In this document: piece after piece, positions 15,500-30,372 of the stretch
Layout of the letters: each line of letters starts with the position of its first letter
Numbering within the stretch: the first letter of the stretch is position 1
Origin: the human T2T-CHM13v2.0 reference genome, Homo sapiens
Strand: one strand, 5' to 3'
Length of the DNA stretch: 64,000 nucleotides
Assembly: GCF_009914755.1 (NCBI RefSeq)
Contig: NC_060930.1
Position numbers and translations under genes: made by a program
Notes under the pieces: generated by a model
Databases searched by the model: none
What the model saw: only the letters and a program-made list of their open reading frames with translations
Told to the model about the DNA's origin: nothing

Positions 15500-15989
15500 T
15501 TACTCACCTAGAGAAGGACATCTTGGTTGCTTCCAACTTTTGGTAATTAAGAATTGCTAAAGCTGCTATAAACATCCATGTGCAGGTTTTGGTGTGGAGA
15601 TAAATTTGTAACTCCTTTGCTTAAATACTAAAGAGCGCAGTCACTGCATCATATAGTAAAAGTATGTTTAATTTTTTGAGAAACTGCCAAATTATCTTAC
15701 AAAGTAGCTGTAACATATTGTATTCCCACCAGGAATCAATGAGAGTTCTTGTTGTTCCACATCCTCATCAGCATTTGATGTTGCTGGGATTCTGGATTTT
15801 GACCATTCTAATAGGTGTATAGTGATATCTCATTGTAGTCGTAATTTGCATTTCTCATATGATATATGATATGGTGCATCTTTTCATATGTTTATTTGCA
15901 GTCTTTATATTCTTATTAGTGAGGTGTCTATTAAGGTCTTTAGTTCATTTTTTACTCCAGTTATTTGTTTTCTTATTATTGAGTTTTAA

Positions 15990-16508
<519 letters not shown>

Positions 16509-17904
16509 TTAAGAGTTATTTGCATATTTTGGATAACATTATTTTATCAAATATGTCTTTTGCAAATAATTGTCTCCCAGTCTATGGTTTCTGTTTTCAT
16601 TATCTTGATTGATTTTTAAACCATGTTCTATAGAGTTCTAGAAGCAGCACAAAGACTGCCATTGAGGATGAGAGGGATACCAATTGCTGGCCTTGCGTGT
16701 CTTATCTATATCAACAACAGCTGTTTCATCCTCATCGATTTTCTGTTTCCCCATAACATTTTGTTTGAATATTATTTACTGCTAAAAATGTGATAAGATG
16801 TAGGTCAGGTGTGGGGGAAGTGTTGGGAATTAGAAGTAATTTCTCCCCCACTCCTTTTTGTATGCCACAAATCCTTGTTGAGCACGTTTGTAGCTTAAGA
16901 CAGCTAAAAGCCACAGAGGAGGGAATGGGGTTTTCCAATATTTAGTGGAAACAGAGTAAATAGAAAGAGGTGGGGTAGCTGTTCTGATTATCTTAGCAAG
17001 GCAGTAAGGGATACAAAAGGAAAAGTGGAGCCATATATGCAGAGGTAACACAAAGTTAACTTGGCATCTGCCCTGACTAGAAACAAGTTAATGATTTCCA
17101 GTCTATGAAATCAAGTCATAGATCAGTTTGTTTGAGTTTTAAGCTCTTTATTGGTAGTTTATACTTTTCCTTTAATATACTTAAGTAAAACATTTTTGTG
17201 AGACCTCAATAGCCTCTGTCATTTAATATTGAATCATATATAATAGATAATAGAAATATATATAATTAATTGAAAAAAGTCAAATATGAACTATTTTGTT
17301 ACATAAAAGCTTTGATGTCCTGTGAATTGTGACAAAAGAAAGTCTGGAAAAATGTTTATAATTAACAGTCTGCACTACTAATTCATTTGCATAAATCCCA
17401 AATCATGGGTTTCAGTCTTTCTGTAAGACATATTAATGGCTCACAAATATAAATGCTTTATTTTTGGTATAGATGCTTATTATGACAACTTAAAAAGTCA
17501 CATTTCATATTATGCAGTAATTTTCTGTTAGAGATTACTTACAATTTCAAAGGACTTCATATTTTTGGGAAAAAACCAAGTTTGTAAAAAATTCCAATTT
17601 TGCTGTTTTAGATTTAAGGTATAATTAATATGCTTTCAGTTTATCTTTGAAGGTTCTTTTTGATTAAGCATTCAAAGTCATGAAGAAATTTAATTAAATT
17701 AAGCATGTTCTTACAATACTGATGAAATTAATCATTCTGATCGCTGTTTAAGTAACCCTTTTCCAAAGACTATCAAATTAAACATAAGTCTACACTTGAA
17801 AAAGAAAATCTAGATATTAAACCATATAATTAATTCCAGAAAATATTAATAGTTTTAATATGTTAATATTTTTGACTGTATACCTACCATTAATTTAGAC
17901 AAAA

Positions 17905-18060
17905 TATTGTGTAGTGAAAGGTCACTGAATCAAGGTCCGCAAGTCCTGGTATCTAGCCCCCAAATTGAATTCATGACCTTGAGAAGATGATTTGACTTTT
18001 CTAAGCCTGTGATTCTGCAAATTTATAATGGGAGGGTTATTTTGATCCTTTTCAATTCTG
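17905..18060 (+). mobile_element. MIR relic
   Basis: tgtagtgaaaggtcactg..gtcctggtatctagcc..tgaccttgagaag..ctaagcctgtgattctgc..aatggg resembles the MIR core. Confidence 0.55.
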
Positions 18061-18379
18061 CGAATGTAAATGTATTTTTGTTTGGATAGCTACCAAAGTT
18101 TTCACTTTGTTTTCATGAAACAAACTTTAATAGTTATAAAAAATATGCTCAACTAAAGTTATTTTTCTTGTATATATGTCTGAAATATATATCCTGCTAA
18201 GAATTACTTCAAAAATATGCTTTGCTTACTGTATACAGCCAATATGAGAAGCTCTATCCTACCTCATGAAGGAGCACAGTATTGTAGAAAGCATTTCTTT
18301 ACTTTACTTTTTTTTTTTAAAGACTCACATGTTCTGTAGCTCTCCTTTTCTAGTGGGACTAAACACCACCACTTGTATT

Positions 18380-18396
18380 GATAGATGGATAGATAA

Positions 18397-18427
<31 letters not shown>
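18380..18427. repeat. (GATA)n tetranucleotide STR
   Basis: Directly visible. Confidence 0.95.
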
Positions 18428-18428
<1 letters not shown>

Positions 18429-20038
18429 AAATATACAGAGTTAGATGAGTGGATGATTGTTGTGCATAATACATATACATAGAAATGCTTGCTTGTAGTT
18501 GAGAAGATGCTCAAAATGCCTATTGATCAACATACTATATAATATGTTTGTTGAAAAGGACCACTTTATAATTGCAATATGAATAGACAAACATTGATAT
18601 TAAAAGTAGGTATCTCTGGCCACATAGACTCCAGGGAAGTCTTGGACAATGTTAAAAATAGCATATCTCTGGTCATATCAGGACAAAAATAGCATATCAA
18701 GACTTCCAGGGAAGTCTTGAGCAATGGCAGGCAGCAAACTGTTCCCAGAGCAATGAGAAACCATGAAAATTAAGAGTCAGATCTACTGGCCAGTTCTGAT
18801 AATGTTGAAAGGTACGTCAGCTAAAAATCTAATGTAAACTCTATAAAGCTGAGCTCATTTCTACTATCTCAGCAGTATTTCCCATTCAAATGAAGTATGA
18901 CATGGAAAAAAACTTCAAAATCAATCAAACTATTTATTGAAATATCTGAATCAGTGGATTGGAATTACATGCCATGATACATATAACCTCTAAGTTAAAT
19001 CTCATGTAAATCTGTTAAATCTCAGTCTCATATTGTATGCCATAGCTTCTGTCCTTGACATTCAGTCTTTTATTTCTCCTTCTCTATTCTTAAACTAATC
19101 CACCCGATGAGTCTTTCCCTTCTACTGTGTATTTTTATAGCTCTTACTGTGCCCTTTAATGTCAAGTAGTCTAGACTTTCTAATATGCTTCTAATTCTCT
19201 TCACTCACAACTAGAATTGCCATAACAAAGTGGGGCAAAAATTCTCAAATACTAATAGATTTTGTCTTTATTACATGAAACAGTACAAAACTATGAGATA
19301 AAAATAAGAAACCCAACATAAGCATGTTTCAATATCCTTGAGGTCCACTGGGAAGGGAAGTTGAAAACTAAACTTCCAGCCAAAAGAATCCTGGTTGGCT
19401 TCAGACTTTATAGTAGGCGAACTAACTGTAATCAGTAGATTTAAAGCAGATAGATGGAATTATCTGAAGTAAGATCCAATCTCAGGCAAAGTAGAATCCT
19501 GAAAATTATCTAAAGGTAGAACTTTGGGCTGTTAGCTCTAGTGATCCTATGGGGAACAAAGAATCAGGGGAGAGCAAACAGACAGTAAATTCTTGTATCA
19601 AGAATCTAAAATGAAGAGAACACTAAGCAAATTAAGACCACAACAAGGAGGATGTGAAAACAAAGTAGCTTCAGGGTGCTCTCATGTGTACATATAATTG
19701 TGATTTCCTTTTAGACACAGCCATCAACTTTAAAAAAGTTGGATTCCAGTGGATTCTCACAGAATTTAGAAATGCTCATGGGCTGGTTTGAATTTGACTA
19801 ATCATAATTGTAAACATTGTGGTGGCAACAGAAGAGTAAGGGCCTAGCGGTTATTATCCTACTCAATAATTATAAAATATTAAACTGTGTCTATTTATCT
19901 AGTCAAATTATATGAGATTATTGAAATTCAACCATTTCTGAGGCACTGAACAGGCAAACTCTTATAATTCATACTAACAGATACACACACACACACACGT
20001 CATTGATTGAATGTTTGTGCCCCCTCAGAATTCATATA

Positions 20039-20367
20039 CAGATGTTCCTTTGACTTATGATGGAGTTGTGTCTTGATAAACCCATCATAAGTTGAAAATA
20101 TGGTAAGTCAAAACGCATTTACTATGCCTAACCTATTGAACATCATAGCTTAGGCTGGCTTAGCTTAAATATGCTCAGGACACTTACATTAGCCTACAGT
20201 TGGGAAAAATCATCTAATGCAAAATTTATTTTATAATAAAGTATTGAGTATCTCATGTAATTTATTGCATATTGTACTGAAAGTGAAAAACAGAATATGT
20301 TTCACTTTCATGCCATTATAAAGTTGAAAAATTATAAGTCTAACCATTTTAAGTCGAGGACCACCTG
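20039..20367 (+). mobile_element. MER47A (Tigger/TcMar MITE)
   Basis: TA|cagatgttcctttgacttatgatgg ... ccattttaagtcgaggaccacctg|TA: terminal inverted repeats with TA TSD. Confidence 0.85.
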
Positions 20368-20521
20368 TACTGAAATACTAACCCCCAATAAGATGCTATT
20401 AGGAGTTGAGGATTTGGGGAGGTGATTAGGTCATGAAAGTGGAGCCCTCATGAATGGGATTAGTGCCCTTGTGAAAGAGACTTCAGAGCTCCCTCACCAC
20501 TTCTGCCTTGTAAGAATACAG

Positions 20522-20610
20522 CAAAAAACAAAACAAAACAAAAAAACAAAACCCAAAAAACAAAAAAACAAAAAACAAACAAAACAACAACAGCAACAAC
20601 AACAACAAAA
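20522..20610. repeat. A-rich (CAAAA)n/(CAA)n compound microsatellite
   Basis: Directly visible inside the MLT1A LTR. Confidence 0.9.
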
Positions 20611-21295
20611 ATGATCCCATCTATGAACAAGAAAGCAGGCCCTCAACCAGGCACTGAGTTTCCTGGTGCCTTGATCTTGAACTTTCCAGTCTCCAGAACT
20701 GTGAGAAATAAATGTCTGTCGTTTTAATTACCCAGTCTCTAGCAGTTTAAATTGACTAAACCAACAGGCAATCAGAATTCACCAAAATCCTTCCATGGTT
20801 TCCCCAGCCTTGTACTCAAATATGTTTTGGAACATAGAACAGAGACAGGTAGACATGCATGCTTCCATAGGCATTCATACCCCTAAGAGCCTCCCACCTT
20901 GATCCTGTAAGGCAACCATCACCATTAGGGATGTATTCCTAAAAGGGTTTATTCTCGGCAGAATGAAGTTCCGAACCATATGCGTCAGATCTGTAATTGT
21001 GGATCTGAAAATTGAGATGTCTTCCCCAACTTCAGCTTCCTTTGGCTGTTCCACTGAATTTATGAAGATCCTGTTCACTATAATTAATTGACCTATACTT
21101 AAAATATCAAGAGGAGCTTCTGCTTTTCTTATACATAGAGCAATTGAGCAATTAAAATCACCCTTTGTTGAGGTTTTACTGTTGTTATCTAGGCAATAAT
21201 CATTGATGACAGAAAGATGATTTTAAAAATCCCTTCTTTCTAGAAGTTATTAGAAAATAATATTTTATTCTTAGTTATTAGTCAAGTATATTTTC

Positions 21296-21609
21296 TTTTC
21301 TTTTCTTTTTTCTTTTTCTGAGACAGAGTTTCTCTCTTGTTGCCCAGACTGGAGTGCAGTGGCGTGATCTTGGCTCATGGCAACCTCCACATCCTGGGTT
21401 CAAGCGATGATTCTCCTGCCTCAGCCTCCTGAGTAGCTGGGATTACAGGCATGTGCCACCATGCCCAGCTAATTTTTGAATTTTTAGTAGATACTGGGTT
21501 TCTCCATGTTGCTCAGGCTGGTCTTGAACACCCGACCTCAGGTGATCCGCCCACCTCGGCCTCCCTAAGTGCTGGGATTACAGGCGTGAGCCACGGCGCC
21601 TGGGCAGGC
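21296..21609 (-). mobile_element. AluSp-like
   Basis: Antisense Alu with gtttctccatgttg; TSD caagtatattttc on both sides. Confidence 0.95.
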
Positions 21610-21644
21610 CAAGTATATTTTCAAATAACTTGGTAAATAATAGG

Positions 21645-21870
21645 TAAAATGATTGAGCATGTGCTAAGCACACTTCTAAGTTTTCCACATGCATTATCTT
21701 ATTTAATGCTTACAACAATCATAATTACTCTTATGCCCATTTCAACAAGGAGGAAACTGAAACCTGTAAAGATTGAGGAATATGCGCAAGGTTGCACAGC
21801 TCATCAATGAGAGTCATGACTCAAACTCAGGGCGTCTGACTCTGGATCCAGGGTTCTCAGTGTGCTAGCA
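21645..21870 (-). mobile_element. MIR
   Basis: ttatcttatttaatgcttacaacaa..cccatttcaacaaggaggaaactga..caaggttgcacagct..tcaaactcagggcgtctgactctgga. Confidence 0.8.
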
Positions 21871-24800
21871 TCACCTCAACAACAAGAGAATATAAAGTGC
21901 CATGGAATAAAATATAAATGTGATACATTTGGTTGGGTCAGTGGAAGGAAATGAGGTCAGAGATGGAAGCGGTGGAATGGAAATAATATTGGTATTGACT
22001 TTGTTTAAAGAGACATTTGCCTGACAGAAAATTGAGACTGAAGAACGGCATTTTAGAAAACAAGATATGTACATTTAAAGATGTAGAACCATAAAAATAT
22101 ACAGAATATTTAGCAAATGTTGAGAAGCCAAATGTGCCTAGAATTCTGGCTCCATGGGATGAGAGAATGACACAGGAGTCTACAATGGTAGAATGGAGCC
22201 CTGGATGTCTCTTGCAAAATAAATAAATTATATATTTTTTAATTCTGGCATGTCTTTAAATCTAATCACTAAAAATAACTAAATTATTTTTGTGTGCTTG
22301 GTCGTGAATAAGGAAAAATGAGATCAGCACATTATGGGCAAGACACATAGTGAGGTTATCCCAGGTTCAGAGAATGAATGCCATAAAAACTACTTTAAAG
22401 TTTATGAACTAAGGCTCATGACAATTTCTCTTCTGAGTTTATAGGTATTTTTTGAACCATCAGTGGTTTTGTGTAGAACAGGATGAGAAGATGTCAGTAA
22501 TAAATTGTAAGAGGGGAGAGCTGTCAGATTATAAATTTTGCGCATGGTGTCTTGTTAAGGATGAAGATTTCCAGGACAGGCTCTTGGCATTAAAGGAAAG
22601 TCACCAAGAGCATTTGTGTGAGGTCCTCACACTCAGAATGTGCCTTTGATAATCTATTTTAGTGGATTCAAGAATAATAGAACTTGTATTTGTACATTTA
22701 ATCAAAAGCACTAACGTACTTTTTATGGGTTTTTTATGCATAGTGAGTACTACTCAATTTGGTATTTTAGCTGTTACCTTTTACTTTTTAAATTTAAATG
22801 TTCCTTAAATGTATTTTAATCTACAAGATCTGCCACTATCTAGTTCATTTCCATTCAATTTATATGATACTTATTACCATAGTTCGTTTGAGTACTTGAT
22901 ATTTTTCTTAAATGTCTTCAGGCCCACATCACCAAGTATACTTATGTGCAAATAAGGGGCAACATGTATATTTTGCTAATAAAGATGTTAGATTTGGTAA
23001 GTGGAATTTGTTATTTGTAGATAAGAATAGAGTTTTAGTATAAATTACTTAGAAGCATTTGTCACACAAATTGAACTATTATTAGAGTAAATTCATAGGA
23101 CTCAAATTAATTTTATGCACTTTCAGCCATGAGGAAAAGGCTTCTTTAATTTCTGTTCTATTTTTAAGCTTTAAAATTAGCATATATCTTTCATGTATTT
23201 TAGTATAAATAAAGATTATCTAAATTGTTACAATTACACTGAGGTCATAGCAGAGGTAATGATCCCAAAGGTATTAAAAAGAAGTAGATGTTTCTGTTAA
23301 ACATTTTTTTCTATCTTCTGATGTGACCTGCTAATTACTTAGCACACACAAAAAAATGATACACTAACTGAATAAATTAGCGGCTAAGTAAAAAAAAAAA
23401 AAAAACCCAATTTCTAAAAAGGTTAGTTATATTTTCTCAGTTATGTTTCTGCCCTTTTTAATTTTAACTAATTACAATCTAATTTCTGGTATTTATTATT
23501 TTAGTGAAGTAGAATATTTAGGATATCAGAATTTCAATTGTTGAGTGGTGAGAATTTAAGGTTAAATATACATTATGCTGTTGGAACTTATTTTCATTTA
23601 AAATTAAAATAATTCTTTAATTTATTTCATTTATTTAAAATAAATTATTATTATTTGTTATTGTAGGCTATACTAGGCATAAAATGTTACTTCAAAAGTA
23701 TTTATCAATTAAAATGTTGAACAATTAACCAAAATACGTTGTTACAAATTTTAAAAATTGTTAATGTCTAAAATATTGGGAGTACCTACTAAGGTATCAG
23801 AAGTATGTTACTTTTAACTAGTAACTCTGAATTTTACAGTAAAACATTTTAGGTGTTATTATACATTTAACTTAAATATGAAAAGTGAACTTCAGCATAG
23901 TTTAAAGAACATGTTCAAGGATGCATATCAAATAAATAGGAGTGCAAAGATTCAAAACCATGTCTGTCAGCATGAAAACCATTCTTTTTTTTACTGTGCT
24001 GACTGTAGATACTTTAATTGATATATACCGTATTTATACTTATTTTAAGGGCATGTGTACTATTTTTAATATTAAAATGTTTATTGAAATTATTGTAGAT
24101 ACACATGCAGATGTAAGAAATAATAGAGATCCTGAGTACCTTTTACCTAGTTTCTTTCAAAGGTAATGTTTTACAATATCACAATTATTATATGTAATAG
24201 TACATGCATATCCACAGATCGTGTTCAGATTTTCCAGTTTTCCTTATACTTGTGTATGTATATATAAATGTATTAGTTCCACACAGTTTTATCACATGTA
24301 TAGACTCATGTATTCACCACCACAGTGAAGATACCAAACAATTCCATTACCACAAAGTGACCTTCTGCTGTTTTTTTACAACCACACTGAGCCCTCTCTT
24401 GCCACCCCCACCTCCCAGTCACTAACCTCTGACAGTCACTAAAATATGCATTCCCTATCTATATGCGTTTGTAATTTCAAGAATGTTATATACATGAAAT
24501 CATAAATGTTACCTTTGATATAGGCTTTTTTTTCCACTCAGCATAAGACCTGTGAGATCCATCCAAATTGTTGTGTATATAAACAGCTTATTGCTTTTTA
24601 TTGCTGACTAATATTCCATCTATGGTATATTACATGTTGGTGTAACCATTTATCTGAACTTGTTTCAGTAGTTTTTAGCTATTACAAATAAAGCAGCAAT
24701 GAATATTCATGCATAGGTTTTTGTGTGAACTACATTTTTATTTCTCTGGGATAAATATCCAAGAGTGCAATTGCTTGGACATATGGTAATTGCATGTTTA

Positions 24801-25439
24801 GTTTTATACCAAACTGCTGAACTATTTTTAGAGTGGCTGTACCATTTTTTTTTTATTTTAACATTTCCACCGGCAGTGCTTTGGCAATCCAGTTTCTTCA
24901 CATTGTCACCAGTAGCATCTGATGTCATCACTATTCTTAATTTCAACCATTCTGATAAATGTGTGTGAGATTTCATTGTGATTTTAATTTTGTTTCTCTT
25001 TTGGCTGAAGATATTGAACGCCTTTTCATGAGATTATTTGCCATTTATATATCATCTTCAGCGATATACCCCTTTATTCATTTTTTCCTTTTCTAATTGT
25101 ATTATTTATATTTTTACTGTTAAGTTTTGGGAGTTCTTTATAAGTTCTAGATACAGGTTCTTTGCTATATATGTGGTTTAACAAACATGATCTTCCACTC
25201 TGTAGCTTTCTATTTATCCTATTCAGATGGTGTTTCACAGAATAAAAGTTTTTATTTTGATGAGGTCTAACTTATCATTTTTCCTTTTATAGATTATGCT
25301 TGTAATGTTATGTCTAAGAACTCTTTCCAGGCATGGAAGTTTTAACACGATTGTTTATTCAAAAAAAGATCATACTTTTAGGTTTTATATTTGAATATAT
25401 TTTCTATGTTGAATCAATTTTTGTGAAAAGTGTGAAGTT

Positions 25440-25904
25440 TGCTATGACTTGGATGTAGTTTGTTTGTCCCCACTAAAATTCATGCTGAAATTTGATGGCC
25501 AATGTGTTGGGGTTGAGATTAGGACCTAGTGGGAGGTATTTTGGTTATAAGGTTAGAAGATCTCTCATGACTGGCTTGGTGGTGTTCTTGGGGAATTGCG
25601 TTCTTGCTCTTGCAAGACTAGACTGATTCTTGCTAGAATGGATTAGTTTCTGTGAGAGCGAGTTGTTACAAAACCAGGACACCCCACGAGTTTTCCCCTT
25701 ATTGCATGTGTCTGGTTTCCCCTTGATCTTCTCCACCATGTTTGTGACACTGCATGGAAAGCCCTGGTCAGAAACCAGGGCCATGCCCTCATATTTCTCA
25801 GCCTGCAGAACCCTGAGTGAATTAATCCTCTTTTATTGATAAATTACCCTGTTTCAGTTATTCTTTTAGAGCAATACAAAATGGACTAAGAATGGATTAA
25901 GACA
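25440..25904 (+). mobile_element. MST-family MaLR solo LTR (MSTB2/MSTC-like)
   Basis: TGCTATG...TAAGACA termini with exact 5-bp TSD aagtt. Confidence 0.9.
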
Positions 25905-26215
25905 AAGTTTAACTGAGAATCTTGTGTGTTTTTTTGTTTTGGTTTTGGTCTGTGGTTATCCAAATTTCTCTAGCACCATTTGTTAAAAGGGTACATTTCT
26001 TCCATTGAATTGTATTTCATCTTTATTAGAATTTAGTTGGATTTATTTGTGTACTGCATAGTCTTGATTACTGTAGTTACAGAATAAATATAGAATTTAG
26101 AAAACTGATTTCTCTCAATATATTCATATTTTTCAAAATGTTTTTGCTATTTGAGTTCCTTTTTTCTTTATATAAACTTTAGAATAATCTTGTCTATATC
26201 TATAAAGAAAAAACT

Positions 26216-26608
<393 letters not shown>

Positions 26609-26987
26609 TTATGAATATTTTATGTCTCTCCATTTATTTACATCTTTTTGGATTTATTCCATCAATATTCTGTGGCTTTCAGCATACAAGTCTTACATAT
26701 GTTTTGTTACATTTTGAACAATTGTAAATGGTATTATATATTTAATTTCCACATGGTATGTTCATGGATAGTATATAGAAATATAATTGATTTTTATATG
26801 TTGATCTTATATTACCTTGTTAAACTCACAAACTTTTGTTTTTGTAAATTCTTTAGTTTTTTTCTACATGGCCTATCATGTCATTGCAAATAGAAAGAGT
26901 TTTATTTCTTCCTTTCTATTTGTCTGTATGCTTCTATTTGCTTTTTTTGCCTTTCCGAACTCACTAGACTCCTGGTACTATAAAAAG

Positions 26988-27211
26988 CAAACTTGTCCAA
27001 CCCTTGGTCTGCGGGACACATGAGGTCCAGGACAGCTTTGAATGTGGCCCAACACAAATTAGTAAACTTTCTTAAAACATTATAAGATATTGTGTGTGAT
27101 TTTTTTTTTTTAGCTCATCTGCTATTGTTAGTGTTAGTGTATTTTATGTGTGGCCCAAGACAATTCTTCATCCAATATGGCCCAAGGAAGCCAAAAGATT
27201 GGACAGCCCTG
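26988..27211 (-). mobile_element. MER30 (hAT-Charlie MITE)
   Basis: caaacttgtccaac ... ggaagccaaaagattggacagccctg; reverse complement of the recalled MER30 consensus. Confidence 0.9.
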
Positions 27212-27481
27212 AAAGTATATTAAATAAGATGAATGAAAGCAGAAATTCTGTCTTTCACTATTAAGTGTGATGTTAGCTACAGAATTTTGGTAGGTTATCT
27301 TTACTAAGTTAAAGTAATTCCCGTGTATTTTGAACTTGCTGAGAGTTTTAATAAAAAAACAGTGTTGGATTTTGTCAAACTCTTAATCTGCATCAACTTA
27401 TACGGTCACATTTTGTTTTTCTTTTTAGCTTCTTGATGTGGTGGATTACATTTATTGATTTTCAAGTATTAAACAACCCTT

Positions 27482-27827
27482 TGCTATGGTCAGAATATTT
27501 GTGTCATCCTGAAATTTACACATTGAAATCCTAACTCCCAAGACGATGATTGGGAGGTGGAGACATTTGGGTTATGAGGGTGGAGTTCTTATGCATGGTA
27601 TTAGTGTCTTTATAAAAGAGGCCACAGAGAGATGCCTTGCTTTTTCCACTATCTGAGAACACGGTGAGAGGCACCATCTATGAACCAGGAAACAAGCCCC
27701 AACAGAACAACGATTCTATCATGATCTTGACTTCCCAGTCCCTAGAACTATAAGATATAAGTTTCTGTTGTTGACAAGCTAGCCAATCAATGGTATTTTG
27801 TCATAGCAGTCTGAACAGACTAAGACA
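27482..27827 (+). mobile_element. MLT1A/A0 LTR
   Basis: tgctatggtcagaat ... gtcatagcagtctgaacagactaagaca. Confidence 0.85.
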
Positions 27828-30203
27828 GCCTAGTATCTATGTAATAACTCTACATAGATGTGATGTATAATTATTTTTATATATTGCTGGATTAGCTTGT
27901 ATTTTATGAAATATTTTTGTCTATATTTATGAAGGCTATTTGTAATTTAAAAAAATACATTCATCTCGTTTTGATATTACGATAATATTGCCTTTATAAA
28001 ATGAATTGAGAAGTGTGTCTCCTATTTTCTGGAAGAGTTTGATTTGCATTGGTGTTAATTATATACATTTTTAGTAGAATTATCTACTAAAATCATCTGG
28101 ACCCAGAGATTCATTTTTGGCAGCATTTAATTATGATTTTAATTTTCTTGATTATTATAAAGCTATTCAAATCATCTGTTTTATATTTGGTTAGTTATGG
28201 TAGTTGTGTTTTGGAGGAAGTAATCAATTTAAGCTAATTTGTTAAATTTATGTGTGTAGAGTTGTTTTTTATAGTTCCTTATTATCCTTTTGATATCTAA
28301 AGGGTATATAGCAATATCTTCTGATTTCTAATATTTGTAATTTGTATCTTCTCTCTTTTTTCAGTTGTTAGTTTTTAATTTTTATTTAGTTAGATTTTGC
28401 ACATGAACTGCCAATATTTCTGGAATATTTGTTGAAACATACTATTATTTTCCCAGTGAATTGCTCTTATACGTTTGTTGAAACTCAATTGACCATATAC
28501 ATGTGGGTCTATTTCTGCACTCCTTACTGTTCCATTGATTTATTTGTCTAGTCCTATGTCAATAGACCACTGTCTTGATGACCCCAACTCTGTAACTCTA
28601 AGTACTGTAACCATGACATTAAATGTAAGATGTGAAACTATAAAAGTTTTAGAAGAAAACATGGACAAAAACATTTTTATAGCTATTAAAAATTGACAAG
28701 AGGAGAAAAATGCCCCCTAAATATAAACCAAAAAAACTGGTAATATTAAATATATATACAACAACCAAGTTTAATTTACTTTTGTAACTGGAGGCTGTTT
28801 TAATCAATGCATATAACCCACAACACTAACAAAAATAATGTGATTCTCACAATAAAATTCAGTATAAACATTTAATAAATTTCAATATCCAGTCGTGATA
28901 ATAACTCTTAGCCAACTAGGTATAGGAAGGAAATTTCTTAATTTGATAAAAATATCTAAAATAGTTCTATTGCAAACATTGAATTGTGATATTTTGAAAA
29001 TTTGCTTTGAGAATAAAAATTACAATAATACCTATCATCACTTCTATTAGACATCTTATTAAAGACTTATATAGTGATATAAGGCAATAGAAAAGTGTAT
29101 GAAGATTAAAACATCTTCTCATTCACAGATTATATGATTCTGATATATAACCTCCAAAAAAACCAGCACATGCATTATGAGAATTAGTTAATTCATTTTG
29201 CAAAATCACTGGCTAAAAGATCAATATACAAAAGCAATTAGGTCTCCATATACCAAAAACAAAAGGCAGAAAAAATATATTTGAATTATGTAACTTATTT
29301 CCATATAAACAAATGCCACCTGTTTCCTAAAAACTTACTGAAATAAAAATAATAAAAACAAAATAGTAAATAAATACAGTTTTGTAACAAAATGATATTG
29401 AATACATCAAATAAATATTATAAATCTGAAAAAAGATGCACAAGACTTCAACAAAAAAATTCACAAAATGTTAGCAGAATAAAAAGAAGAGAGAAGCTTT
29501 CATGAATTTGAGTATGTGATGTTGTAAATATGTCAACATTTATCAAAATGTTCTCTATATTAAATGTCATCTTAATCAGATGCCAGCAAAACTTTGTGTA
29601 GGCAGTATGTGTAATACAGGGGACCACACATAGCTAAGCTGATCTTGAAAAAGTAGTGGAAAGACTTATTTTTATGGATATCAAAAATTATTTTAGAGAA
29701 CTTGTGCCCAAGATCTTATCTCAAAATGGCACCTCACTGAGGCATTCACATAGAAAACGCATTGTTTTGTGTAACTTAGATTTACATTAGAGACAAAACT
29801 TTGATGCTCTGGTATATTAGAAGATGAAATAATTTTTTGTTTTTTTGACCTAGTTATTTATATTCAAATAATTCTCTAAAATGTAATTTTGCATTTTCTT
29901 TCAGGAAATCAAATAAATTTGTCCCTAATTTTTTTACTAATTTTGAAATCATTTACTCTAAGTTTTATTAAATTTTTACATAAATGCAAATTTAATATAC
30001 TTGGTGTTTAGTTATTAAAACAGTATGGTGGTGTTGGCACAGAGACAAAGATAATAATAGAGGAGAAGGGGTCATCTAGAAACAAAGTCCACATACATGT
30101 ACAGTTGTTTTACAGAAAAATTGTACTGCACAGAAGAAAGGAAATAATCGTTTTATTCAAATGATGCTAAATTAATTGGATATATGTATTAAAGACATAT
30201 CCT

Positions 30204-30372
30204 TTAGCTGGGCATGGTGGTGTGTGCCTTTAATCCCAGCTACTCAGGAGACTGAGGCAGGAGAATTGTTTGATCCCAGGTAGAATCTGGAATGAGCTAG
30301 GATGGTACCATGGCACTCTAGCCTGGGTGACAGAGCGAGATCCTGTTTCAAAAAAAGAAAATTAAAAATAAA
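30204..30372 (+). mobile_element. Alu right-arm monomer (FRAM-like or 5'-truncated AluJ)
   Basis: Only the right arm (tagctgggcatggtgg..gcctgggtgacagagcgaga) plus an A-tail. Confidence 0.85.

Larger units (their letters stand above)
20001..20762 (+). mobile_element. MLT1A0-like MaLR LTR, split by MER47A and a (CAAAA/CAA)n tract
   Basis: tgaatgtttgtgccccctcagaattcatat..ggaggtgattaggtcatg..ccctcatgaatgggattagtgccctt..ccagaactgtgagaaataaat. Confidence 0.85.

Noticed and set aside
20875-21078. 67-aa minus-strand ORF in unique DNA
   Set aside because: No recognisable homology, non-ATG start and no convincing splice sites
28390-28680. A second possible twin-primed L1 inversion
   Set aside because: No TSD found, and downstream L1 sequence jumps back to an upstream ORF2 position
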